Source: Vicugna vicugna
Taxonomy: Eukaryota
Direction: 5' to 3'
DNA: 48,584 nucleotides
Assembly (NCBI GenBank): GCA_013265495.1
Contig: MU058259.1
Span: forward strand, 390,437 to 439,020
Shown: one piece after another, positions 13,021 to 24,124 of the stretch
Position numbering within the stretch: position 1 is the stretch's first letter
Layout of the letters: each line of letters starts with the position of its first letter
The notes under the pieces: model-generated
Databases searched by the model: none
Told to the model about the DNA's origin: nothing
What the model saw: only the letters and a program-made list of their open reading frames with translations
Made by a program: the position numbers and the translations under genes

Positions 13021-13630
13021 AAACAGATCTTCATTGAGCACTGTCTGTGAACTGAGTGTGATTCCAGGTGCTGGGATACTGCCATGAACACGGCAGGCGG
13101 GGAGCTTACCTTCCAGGGAAGGGAGGAGACAGACTATGAACAGTAAATCAAGGGGAAAAAAGACAATTTGCAAAGGTGATAGATGCTGAAGAAAAGACAC
13201 ACACAAACTGAGATGAGAGAGAATAGCTGGGATGAAGAGGGGGCTTACAGATGGTCATAGAATCTTCTCTAACAACACTGTTTTGATTTGAGACTTAAAG
13301 GATGACAAGAAACCAGCTGTGAGAAGGACATTCCGAGCTGAGGAAACAGTCAATGCAACGGCCCTGAGGCAGGAAAGAGTTTACCAAAGAAGTTACCAAA
13401 GTAACTTCTGAGAGAAGTATTCTGATGGAGGAGGAAAGTGATAGGAGCCGAAACTGGAAAGGGTTAAAGTGGGGCCAATCTGCTAGGGCTTTGTAGGGCT
13501 GGGCTTTTAGTTTAAAGTACAATGAGAAGCCATTGGAGAGTTTTATGCTGCTGAGTAAAACAATCTGATTTATGTTTGAAAATAAGGAAGGAATGGCCAA
13601 CCGTGTGGAATGCTGCAGAGATGAGTAAGA
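13021..13630 (-). mobile_element. L2 (L2a/b-like) 3' portion
   Basis: ttcattgagcactgtctgtg...ccaggtgctgggatactgccatgaac...gagaagccattggagagtttt. Confidence 0.85.
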
Positions 13631-15504
13631 TGAGGGCTGGCTCTCAGTGGGTCTGGCCACGTGGTCAACGTGAGGTCACAAGAGCAGTTGTGGTGGAGCA
13701 GGAGACAGCAGCTGCGCCCTCTGTCTTTTGGTTTTAGAACATACAGTCTCGCCAAGGAATAGGCATAGGCATTGGCATTGGAAGGGATCAATAATTTGAT
13801 AACATTTCTTAACACTACTTTGGTCAGTTTTCAGGGAGTTATTCGGCTTGAATGTTCTCTTTAGTAAGAGACTGACTACAATGGTCACAACGATGGTGGT
13901 GGTGGTGGTGTCATCCTTGATGTCCATGGCATCACCATGTACCTCTAGTGATTTCCAATTGTGGGACAGTGCCAGCCCAGCCACATACAGCCGCTGGGCC
14001 TTTGGGCAGTCCATGACCCGTGTTCATTGCAGAATGGCTAGCCAAGCCTGGGGGCTGCCTGTGACACAGAACTACCCAGGGCCCTTCGAAGTGGGCCATG
14101 CAGGGCTCGGAGTGGTGACCTCAGCCTCTGGTGTCATGTTCTGATGGCTGTCCTCTGTATGGCCTTTCACTTCTAAAGTCCACCCATCTCCTTAACCTTG
14201 CCTGAACTTTTAAGCCCAAGAATGGTAGGAAATCCTTCAGAATAAATCCTTAAAGAGGCATTTGACAAAGCATATATAAACTTACACTTGGTGAAAAGTG
14301 ACTGTAGAAAAAAAGTATGTTTAGCCCAAGCTTAAATATTACTGTGCTTTTCCTGCGGTCTCCCGCAGCATTTTGGAACCCTGACATTTTTCCTGACTGA
14401 TCGTTCCCTTTGACTTTTTTTTTTTTGCCTCCACTGCTTTGATTTTGTAACACAAGAATAATATTTTTTCTGGACTAAACTTCTTATAAGTGGTCTTACC
14501 CGGGGAATGTTTTTAAATTTAAAGATGATTCTATTTTCTCTTAAGTACCAAGAAGTACATACACAGACAAACACATTTAATAGCTTCAGATGGGATCGTT
14601 TGACTTTGTAAGGGCATGTTTGCAAAATTTGTTCCTCTTGATTCCAGCTCCTGAGTCAGCTCCTAAGTCGAAGTCCCATCATTTTAATGCTGTTGCACAG
14701 ATAATGGAGAAAATCCCTCACCACCTTCGTGGTAGAGGTCCTGTCCTGAGGGGCGGACCTTGGTTCTGGGCAAATGGATTCACCCTCAAGTATGGTGCCT
14801 TCAGGATGAACTCAAAGGCGAATCCATCCTGTTTTCAGAAAAGGGAAGGTTTTAACTCCCTCAAATTCAATACCCATCTTCAGTGTGTTGGACAAGGCTT
14901 CAGAGTGCCGACACCTTTGTTGCTACCAGCCAGCAGGAATGGGTCAGGTCAGTCACCACGTGGGGGCACATTCTGCAGTTAACCCATCCTGGACTAGGGA
15001 AGGGGCTGATAGAGGGCTGCTCTGTTCCAACTCTAACATCGGGCCCTGCCTTCCTGTGATTTTTTTTAAAATAGTTTAGGCGACTGGCTGGTGGGACTCT
15101 TCTATGATCTCCTATCTAAGAGGGCCTGTCTTGTGCTTATGCCACTGAACTCTGGGGGTCTAAGCTGAGTTCTTATCTGAAAGTCTGTGCAAATCTCAAT
15201 CCCTAATGAAAGAAAAAAATTGGCCTTGCCTGAGGGTTCCTTTCTCCCCCTGCCCATGGAACGGGAATTGCAAGAGCGTGGTCGCCCTAGACTGTAGGCT
15301 CCCTCTTCTGCTGCCGATGGATCTCTCTTTCATCAGAACTGCAGGCACTTGGGAGAAAATCCAGCCAGGGCCTACATTGCCTTGGGTTGATTCCAAGAAG
15401 TAGATTTTCTGGGTCAGTGGGTATGAATGCTTTTAAATTGGCCTCCAGAAAGGTTTTAACCAATTTTACTTCCATATCAGCAGACATTTGCTATGGTGCA
15501 GTAT

Positions 15505-15610
15505 TCACTCACTCACTCATTCGTTCATTCACCCATCCACATCTCTGTGTACTCACTCATTAATTCCACACCAAGACAGTGTCCCAGGCACCATGGACTC
15601 ATACACAATC
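15505..15610 (-). mobile_element. L2 tail fragment
   Basis: Degenerate (cattca/cact) repeats followed by tgtcccaggcaccatgg. Confidence 0.55.
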
Positions 15611-15759
15611 CTGGTCAGTTCCTGCCCTGGATGTGATGTGGGAATTTTTCTCTGTCTCTGTGAAGAGAATTGAGACTGTGTGTCTGCTCCTGTTGAGGAC
15701 TGACCAGGATGAGCACTCATTCATGTCGGGGGCGGGGGTGGTGGTGGTGGCAGACCTGA

Positions 15760-15915
15760 AGGTGGGGTCCTCACTCCGGCTGCACGTTGGGATCACCTAA
15801 GGAACTCTAACAAATCCTGATGCCTGAGCCAACCACACGAGATTCTCATTTCGTTGGTCTGAGATGTGGCCCGGGTATAGCTCCCCAGCCAAGTCTCATT
15901 TGCAGCCGGAGTTGA
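15760..15915. mobile_element. MER5-like MITE
   Basis: ggctgcacgttgggatcacctaaggaactc...gagattctcatttcgttggtctg...tgcagccggagttga. Confidence 0.7.
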
Positions 15916-16209
15916 TTGTCCCTCCACACCCTGTATCCCCGGGAGTCTGGCCTAATGAAAACCCTCCACCAGGTCCCCACTGTCTCTGCTCTTGACCTTA
16001 CACTTGTCACTTCAGACTTGCTGGCAGTTACTGTTTCTTTGTGCACCTTGCCCACCGTGGCCAGCACCATGCCAGGCTTAAAACTGCTGAGAAGAAAAAT
16101 CACCTTCCTTTCATCCTATTTATTGCATAGTTATAGTTTAAAATGAAAATTTCACCTCATTTATTTAGCATTCCACAGTGAGGGTCCTTTGGCACCCTGT
16201 CTTTATTAT

Positions 16210-16430
16210 AATAACAATAGCCAGCCCCTGGTGAGCGCTTACTGTATGCCAGGAACTGTTCTAAGTGTTTTGCACGTTAACTCACTCACTCCGCAGCCGC
16301 AGCGTAGATACTGTTATATCCCCCATTGTACAGATGAGGACGCTGAGGCCACCAGAGGTTCCGGAATGTGCTCCTGGTCCCACAGACCGTCTGTGGCTGA
16401 GCTGGGCATCTCCAGCCTATTGCACTAAGT
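16210..16430 (-). mobile_element. MIR
   Basis: gagcgcttactgtatgccaggaactgttctaagtg...cccattgtacagatgaggacgctgaggc. Confidence 0.9.
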
Positions 16431-17199
16431 GAGGCTCTTCTCTGCCAGTCAGAAGGGTTTGTCTTGAATTTGTTACGCTTTAGCATTGGGTTTTCTTCCT
16501 CAAATTAGAGCTACAGAGCATGAGTGAAGGTACTCCCATGCTGTCTACCGGCCTCCCAAAGCTCTCATGATGGCCAAGTGCCGCTTGGCACAGAGAGCTT
16601 AGCAAGGGCATCATTCAGCAGCTTCTCAGCCAACAGTTTGAGTCACTTTAATTGCATCCACTGTGGAGACACAGCTTAAGTAACTAAAAGCAGATGGTTC
16701 TTACCTGCGCCAAAAGATGTCGGGTCCTTCTGCCATTAGCACCCTCACATCTGCATACTTTCAAAATTGTCCTCACAAGAAAAACGAGAGGCAGGGGAAA
16801 GCCTGGGCATGATTTTGAAACAGCCTGAATTTGTCTCTTTGAAAATACGTAGAATTTCTCATCTGCTTATTCTCCCAGGAGAAGTCAGAGGCTCTCGGAA
16901 GTCAGTAATTGTGATCTCTTGAGTCATAATTTCTACAGTTGTATCAGAGCCCAGTGTGAGGACGCAAGAGGGAAACTGCACGTGGGTCTGTTGCCATAGA
17001 TGAGTTGCAGGGTGAACAGGCTGAAATCTCCTCCTGGAAGGAAGGGATTAGCCGGTCAAAGAGGAAAACAGATTTGAGAAATCCATTTACCCTGAAGATT
17101 TAATAGGGAATGCAGGTCAGACTGACTCCAGTGTCTTTAGTCACAGCTCTCTCTGCGGGTTTTATCTTGTACCGGCTCAGAGTTTCAAAAGAGAAGGGT

Positions 17200-17345
17200 A
17201 GGTGAGCCTTTAAACTCTGACCTTAATATTTCCATCTATATTTTAGGAATAAGAATTCTTACCATGTGTTGAACTGAAGGGATGGCACTAAAATACATGT
17301 AAAAGTGTTAATCTAGTACTTGTATATTTCTCAATTATTTGTAGA
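17200..17345 (+). mobile_element. MIR fragment
   Basis: tttaaactctgacctt...ttccatctata...atacatgtaaaagtgtta. Confidence 0.55.
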
Positions 17346-17664
17346 TTATTAAAAAAAATACTTGCTTCTGCTTATATGATCATAGCACCCAACTCAAATT
17401 TCAAAGACTATCACTAGCATATCCTTGATTTTTCTCTTTAGAATAAATATCACCCATGATCAGAAAATACCTTGGAAATATTCACATGGAATTTAGCATG
17501 GCCCTACGGCCATTGAAAAACTGTCAGAATCCTGATTAGTCGGCCAGTTATCTTTTTCGTGGTAAAGAACTTCTGCTTAGAAGAACGCCATTTCAGTATG
17601 CTATTTATTACCTCATTACCTGGAAGCCACTTGGAGGCTTTATTTGGAATTCAAACCATTTGAG

Positions 17665-17830
17665 GGCCCAGTGGAGCAGCGCATTGCCAGGGACACCACC
17701 TTGAACAGAGGGGACTTTGAATTGTAACCATAATCTTGCCCATAAATGAATGCATGGCCTGGGGCAAGTCACCTTTTCTGAACTTTTATTTCCTCATCTG
17801 TAAAGTGGGTTGTACTAGATAATCTTTGTG
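17665..17830 (+). mobile_element. MIR (MIR3/MIRc-like)
   Basis: ggcctggggcaagtcaccttttctgaac...tttcctcatctgtaaagtggg. Confidence 0.7.
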
Positions 17831-17897
17831 AAATGAAAATTAGAAGGCCAGGCGTGATCTAGTCCCTTGCCTTTTATATCACTCTGGAACGTGCTCA

Positions 17898-17984
17898 TTT
17901 CTCTCCTCTGTCTCCCTTTCTCCGTCTCTGTCTCTGTCTCGCTGTCTCTGCCTCTCTGTCTGTGTCTGTCTATCTGTCTGCCTG

Positions 17985-18018
<34 letters not shown>

Positions 18019-18030
18019 ACACAGACACAC
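17898..18030. repeat. (TC)n / (TCTG)n simple repeat
   Basis: Seen directly in the sequence. Confidence 0.9.
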
Positions 18031-18169
18031 ATCTGGCAGCACTGGAATGCTGCTATGCTCTGGTGCCTCATCATCATTCAGGTCTGTGCTCCCTGAAGTA
18101 GTCTCTCCCCTACCCTATCCCCCCATGTCACTAACCCCAATTTACCTTCTTCTTCACACCATGGGAAAG

Positions 18170-18420
18170 TCTAATAAGACACTGTGATGCTGGTACAGGG
18201 GTAGACAAAGGAACTGAGAGACCAGAATAGAAAGTCTGGAAACAGACCTACATGTTGTTGAGTTGGTTGGGCCTTCATGAGTGTTTATTTTGTTATTTTA
18301 AATGTTATAATATTAAAAATAAAACAAACAGTTTTTTAAATTTAAAAAAGGAAGCCATGCATGGAAAAGTGTTATGAACCAAAGATGATGATTACACAAA
18401 TTCTGTGCACATGAGGTCCT
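18170..18420 (+). mobile_element. L1 fragments: ORF2 remnant (about 18170-18252) and L1MC-like 3' end (about 18270-18420)
   Basis: taataagacactgtgatgctggtacag...gaccagaatagaaagtctggaaacagacc resembles L1 ORF2 KTVWYW...NRIESPE; ttatgaaccaaagatgatgatt...aattctgtgcacatgaggtcc resembles an L1MC4/5 end. Confidence 0.65.
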
Positions 18421-18569
18421 GAGATTTTTAAATGAATGCTAATTCAACTGGAGGGGTCTCTACTCCAACTGGGAGTTTGGCTTAGGTGCCTGGGAAAGAC
18501 CTTTGTTGCCCAGACACAATTCTGTGTCAAGTGTTTCCTGGGCACTAGGCAACTTCTGCTTCGCCAGCA

Positions 18570-18700
18570 GTAGGTATTATTTTCCCCATTTCACAGTCAG
18601 GGAAACTGCAGCTCAGAGAGGCTGAGTCACTTTTCCAAGGCCACACAGTTCTGAAGGGGAAGAGCCAGGGTCTGCAGCCCAGTTCGCAAGCTCCTGCCTG
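18570..18700 (-). mobile_element. MIR
   Basis: ccccatttcacagtcagggaaactgcagctcagagaggctgagtcacttttccaaggccacacag. Confidence 0.85.
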
Positions 18701-19369
18701 TGCCAGTACGTCATAAAGCCACCCTGGGCTATTTGAGGGCTGAACACCGAGAATGGGCGAGACTGCTGTGGCCTCTTACTAGCGAAATAGAAGATTCCTC
18801 TCCCCCAGGCAAAATGGAGCTTTTCCCCTTAAGGAACTTCCAACTTCCGCTCCAGCCGGGGCTTTTCTGGATGCCCTACCCCAGAGACCCATGGAGGAGG
18901 TCTCAGTAGCAGCACTTTGAAGCCTGTCCCACAGGGCCTCTCAGTTGGGCAGCAATTGTTGTGCAAAGACCAACACGTTTTGGCGCTTGCTCGCCTTAGT
19001 ACTCCCTCTCCTTTCCCAAACACAAAAATATTGGCATTTCCTGGAAAGTGGTTTTGGCTCAAAGCCTGATAGCTATCCCACACTCTTGGGCCAGCTTTTT
19101 TTGGGGCCCTCTGTTCTTTTATTTCACTGAGCATTTGTTTGGGGACTGAGGTTGCTGCTGCCTTGGATTGTACCTGAGATACAGGGCCGCTGGCAGGTGC
19201 CAGGGGTGGAAGTGGGGGCACCAGCTCCCCTCACCAGCAGCAGCATCTCCTCCATCTCCTCTCCCCTACTGTACTCCAGAATTGGTCAAACTCACCATGC
19301 ATGCACACAGAACCACTTTGGGTGGGTTTTTTTTTTTTTTTTGCAGTTTGATGGTATTTTCACTGTCTA

Positions 19370-20055
19370 GTTTCTTAAATTAAGGGACAATTAACATAAA
19401 GTCAAATGATTCTTAAGTGTTCAGATGCATCAGTTTTGACAATTGTGTGCACCTATGTACCCACCGCCTGAAAGAGCCTATAAACATTCCCATCACCCCA
19501 GGAAAGTCCTTCTCCCTACCCCCTCCCCAGAGCAACCAGTTTCTGATTTCTATTGTCATACATTTTTTGGCTTGTTTTTCAATTTTGCGTCACTGAAGTG
19601 TTACAGTACATACCCTTTTGCATCCGGCTTCTTTCGCGAAACACAGTGTTTTTAAGACCACGATGTCATTGTGTGTGGCAGGCATTCACTGCCTTTTATT
19701 GCCAGTGGAAGTCTGCTGTGTGGGTGTTGCCCATTGTGTTTATCCGTTCACCAGTTGACGGATATTTGGGTTGTTTCCAGTTTGTGGCTCTTATGATCAG
19801 ACGGCTGTGAACATCTGTGGACAAGTCTTTTGTGAATATATGTTTTCATTTCTCTTGGGAGGGTACCTCAGAGTGGAATTGCTCAGCCTGAGGATGGGCA
19901 GTTGTTTAACCTCATTAGAAACTGCCAGGCAGTTCCCCAGAGTGGCTGGACCCTTTTTACCAACAGCACAGGAGCGTTCCAGTTGCTCCCTATTCTCACC
20001 AAATTTTGGTATTACTGTCTTTTTTATTTTAGTCATTCTAATGGATGTAATGTGA
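19370..20055 (-). mobile_element. L1M (L1MB/MC-like) 3' region
   Basis: tttatccgttcaccagttgacggatatttgggttgtttccagttt...gagtggaattgct...ttttagtcattctaatggatgtaatgtg. Confidence 0.9.
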
Positions 20056-22149
20056 TCCCTTAGTTTTTTTCTTATTTAAGTACATTTTAAAGAATTTTCA
20101 GGCATGCCACTTAATGCCAGCTCAGACACTGGAAAGGTCCTGTGGAGCAGAAGCAAAGTGTTACATGTTTATGGTCAGGAGGTTCTGCTCATCATCCCTG
20201 TCCTTGAAGCAGAGTCTTTCCAGCCCTGAGGGCGGTCTGCAGCCTACCACAGGGCAAGCTGAAGGCCAGAGCCCCAGAGTGGTGAGGCAGGCCAGTCAGA
20301 CTCTGAAACTGCCAGACTCTGACTGGTCTGCCTCCGGGGTGGGAGGGAGCTCCTGCATGGGGAGCTCCGAATGACAGGGTGACAACCGCAGGACCAGCCT
20401 CAGGGCAGATTTTGCTGCGTGCACGGTCACTGAGACACTAACATGTCAGTAGCCGGCAGGCATGGACCATGTCACCAGCCCGCTGTCCTTTGAGCTATCA
20501 AGAGCTTTCATACCATATCACATACCATATCCACTCAACGGAGATATAACATTTCCAAGGCAGAATCATCTTACCTTCCAGTCGGCTTAGGCAACTGGAG
20601 AGCCTCCAAAACCAGTTGCCAGGCATGGGACCACTTAGGTGGCAAGCATGAGCAACCTCCCTAGGGCTTTCCTGGCTTCTCCAGCCCTGCCCAGACAAGG
20701 ATGGGAGAGCGCCTCTACAATACTTTAGCTAGTTGAATATTGCTAATTTAACCATTTCTTACAGTCATCATGCTAATTAGCTAACCAGCCACCACTTTAC
20801 CACCAAAAGACCATTTCTGATATTCCCTGTGCTCTGTAGCCCAGCCTCAAGTATCGACAGAGATGAAGAGGTAACTAGAACTCCAATAGCAGCCCAGGGT
20901 TGGGCCTCCCTGGTTTGAACTTGAGCTGAAAACCCCTCATCCCTGCCCAGGAGTGTATGCTAACGACAACGCTGGCTGACTCACCGACTTAGGGCTTCAC
21001 CTAGGTCATGGGCAGGAAATGTCCCGCTGTCAGTGGGGGTGCCCCTACTGTGTAGAAAGTATTCTGATGAGTTTGGCCCAATGTGGCAATGCCCCAAAGT
21101 CTTTAGACGGATAGGTATTTTGGAGAGGAACCCAGAAAGAGGGTATTATGTCGAATGCCACGCAAGAGCTTGCTAGTGCTGAAACTTCAGTGTTTGCTGG
21201 AGGGGAGGATACTTTTGAAAGGGCAGTCTGCCTGGACAATTGATGCAGGGCACCAAGGGAAAGCGGGCCCCAGCCCACTGAGCCATCAATGGTGAACTCC
21301 CAGAAAGGAAAATCCATGGGGGACCTTTCCTCTCAAGAATCCCATGTGGCTGGGGAAAGGGCAGAAGTCCCAGGCCTCCCTGCTCTCCAGATCAGCAAAA
21401 CATCAAAGGGTACGAAGAAAGAAGGGGGTGTTGTGGCGCTAGCAGTTTCCTCTGGCCAGATGCCCAGTGCGCCAACTTCCAGGTCTGTTTGCCTGTGTCA
21501 TTCCGGGGCCCAGCTGCCCGTCCCACACCCCCACCCACTGGCAGGGACGGTGCACCTGGGGATCTCTAGGGCCGAAGGCCCCTGAAAGGCCCACCTCCTC
21601 TGCTCCCTGACAGCAGCTCCACTCCCCTGGCCTCTCCTAGCCCTGCCAGCTCTGTGAATGCCCATGAAACGGACTCTGTCAGTGGAGATTCTCAGAGACC
21701 AAGCAAAGAATGGTCCTGAACCCACATTCATAAACCGATTCAAGTCAGGAAGAACAGCCAAGGGTGTTCCTGGGAAGGCTGGGAATGAACCCTGGCAGGG
21801 ATTCAAGGTGTAGGAAGAGAGAGTTGCCCTGCAGGGGCCAGTAGTGGCTGGTGCAGGGGCAGGGGTGTGACGGGGAGCTGGGGGCGGGGCCTGCTGCAGG
21901 AGCACCGCAGGCCAGGGAGTTCTAGGCTCTGGCTGGAGATGAGAAGACACTTCCCCATTCCCCACCTCAACCTGCCCTCTCCCTTGGTGCTGGGAACCTT
22001 TGCTGCCCCTCCCCCACCTGTCTTTCCTACATTGGCTGTGGTTCACATTCTTAGAAAGCTCTCTCCCTTCCTCCCATCAAAACAACCATTCCCTGGGGAT
22101 TCACAGCTCAGTTCCTGGGGGGAAAAACCCAACAAACCAATTCAAACTG

Positions 22150-22265
22150 AGGTAGTACTGATCTACTGGGGTTGCTGAGAAACTGAGATGAGAAAATGAA
22201 TGTGAAATACCTAGCAGGGGGCCTGGCACGTAAGTCAATGCTTAGTAAATAGTTGATTGTTCTCA
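22150..22265 (+). mobile_element. MIR 3' part
   Basis: gggttgctgagaaactgagatgag...gcctggcacgtaagtcaatgcttagtaaat. Confidence 0.7.
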
Positions 22266-23689
22266 TCTTATGTGTATGAGAGAGGAGTGAGCTGGCCAAG
22301 TCCTGCAAATGAATCCACTCTCTCCTTTCCTCCCAAGCTAATGTTCTCATGACTGATTTGTGGACTCCTGTTCATCAGGCCTGTGAAGACATCAGAATTG
22401 CATCAGTTGAGTTGTCAGTCCTTTGGTGCACAACGTTCTTTGCTGAAGGATAACTTTTAACCCCCTTTGGAAGAACCAGACACCCCTCTAATTTTCCCAG
22501 CACCCTGTCTCTCCCTCAGGCCCTCACCAGCCCTGGGCTCCAGACCCCCAGCCTGCTGGCCAGGCCCCATACCTTTCCTCTTGTGCCCTTTCTCCTGCTT
22601 CTAGACAACCTGCCCCACCTCTCCCCTATTCCACCATCTCCTCTGCTGAAATCCTACCCCTGTGGCAAGGCCCAGTTCACATGTCACCTCCAGGAATAAA
22701 GGTTTAATGACTGGAACTCAGAGGTGGTGCAGGTGAGGACAGAGGAGAATTACCGTGGCTCCTGGTGTGGGGACCACCTTGAGTGCTAGAGGGACAACAG
22801 GTGGACTCATTCCTGCTCGCTCGCCTTGTGGGGGGGTGTGTATAAACACACCCATTCCAGAAGAACTCTTCCCCGAAAGAAAATAAGAAATAACACCTAT
22901 AATCTTCACCGTCAACTAGCCAGAGGTTATGAGGCAGCTTTTCCTGCCCCCACACTGCCCTGGTGTCCTTCATGGTGTATTAGCTGCAAATAGGAGCCTT
23001 GCTTGAAGATAAATAGAGTGAACTTACAGAACTTAAAAAGACTCACCAGCCCAAAGATTCTACAGAGCCCCGTGTCTGCTCTTGAGAGAGCTTGCCTCCA
23101 GGCAGACAGGGTGCTTCTGACAAAACAGAGTTCCAGAAAGAAGGCTCCCTGTTTAAAAGAGGCACACCCTCCTCCCTCCTTTGCCTGCATTGTCTGTGTA
23201 CTACTCAGGACGAGATTATTATTATTTTTAGGCGGTATGCAGCTGATGAAGTGAGGTGGTGTTTGTTTATTTATTGCTTTTTGGTCCCTGAGTTGGAACA
23301 CAAGATCACCAGAAGAGGAACTCCCTCTATGACTCATCCCAGGAACATCTTGCCTCCCAGCCAGCACAAATATGACTAAAAGAACTTTCTCGAGGGCCCC
23401 AATTATATTCTAGCGAAGAAACACACTGGCCAAGCTGACCATCTCTGGACCAGTTTGCTTTTGGAAAGAGAGCTTTCTCTGGCCTCGCCGTGGGCGGGCT
23501 CTTTATGAGATCTTGAGGCACACTTCTCGGGAGCGGGTTCCTCTGTGGCTTGGAGGTTATCATAACAGAGTGTCTTCTTCACAAGGGTCACAGGAAGGGC
23601 CACCAGTTGGGGAAACACCTGGTCACGGTGGCCTGAATTGGTGACATTTGGGTCTTCACATAAACTCTGGAACTTTCCAGGGCATGGCT

Positions 23690-24124
23690 TGTATAGCAGA
23701 CATGGTTTGATATCCTGCCCCTATGTCCTCTCAGACTGGCCTCTATACTCCAGAGACTGCTCACTTAAAATACCTGTGATTTTCCCTCATGCTTTGTGTG
23801 TGTGTGGTTTCAGGAGCACACTAGGCCTGCATGCTGGGCTGAATGGAAGTGCCAAGGAGTTAACACGTCATCCAGGAGCAGCCCTTGACCTCTGTTGGAG
23901 GAGGGTTGGTAAATAAACTCCCCAACTCCCAGGCATGTGTTCTCCGCTGGCTCCCCACGGTCCCCTGTGGAGATGAGCCCCAGTTGCCCACAGTGGTAAC
24001 GGACCTGATAAGTTGGCTTCCTTCCTTTCTCACTGCTTCACTTCTCTACTGATGTTTTCTGGGATCTTCTCCCAAAGAAACTTCTTTCAGTCGAATCAGT
24101 CTGTGCAGGAGCCCAAACTAAGAG
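23690..24124 (+). mobile_element. ERVL solo LTR, LTR16-like
   Basis: ggaagtgccaaggagttaac...ggagcagccct...ccagttgcccacagtggtaac...ctcccaaagaaactt...cccaaactaaga. Confidence 0.8.

Noticed and set aside
17815..18187. Arg/Glu-rich and Ser/Leu-rich ORFs (also 44430-44699 and 12859-13206)
   Set aside because: They are translations of (TC)n and polypyrimidine simple repeats.
21498..22046. 182-aa minus-strand ORF and similar 100-175 aa ORFs (27253, 34884, 43694, 48035)
   Set aside because: They lie in GC-rich non-coding DNA, have no recognisable domain, often start at non-ATG codons, and are of a length expected by chance.
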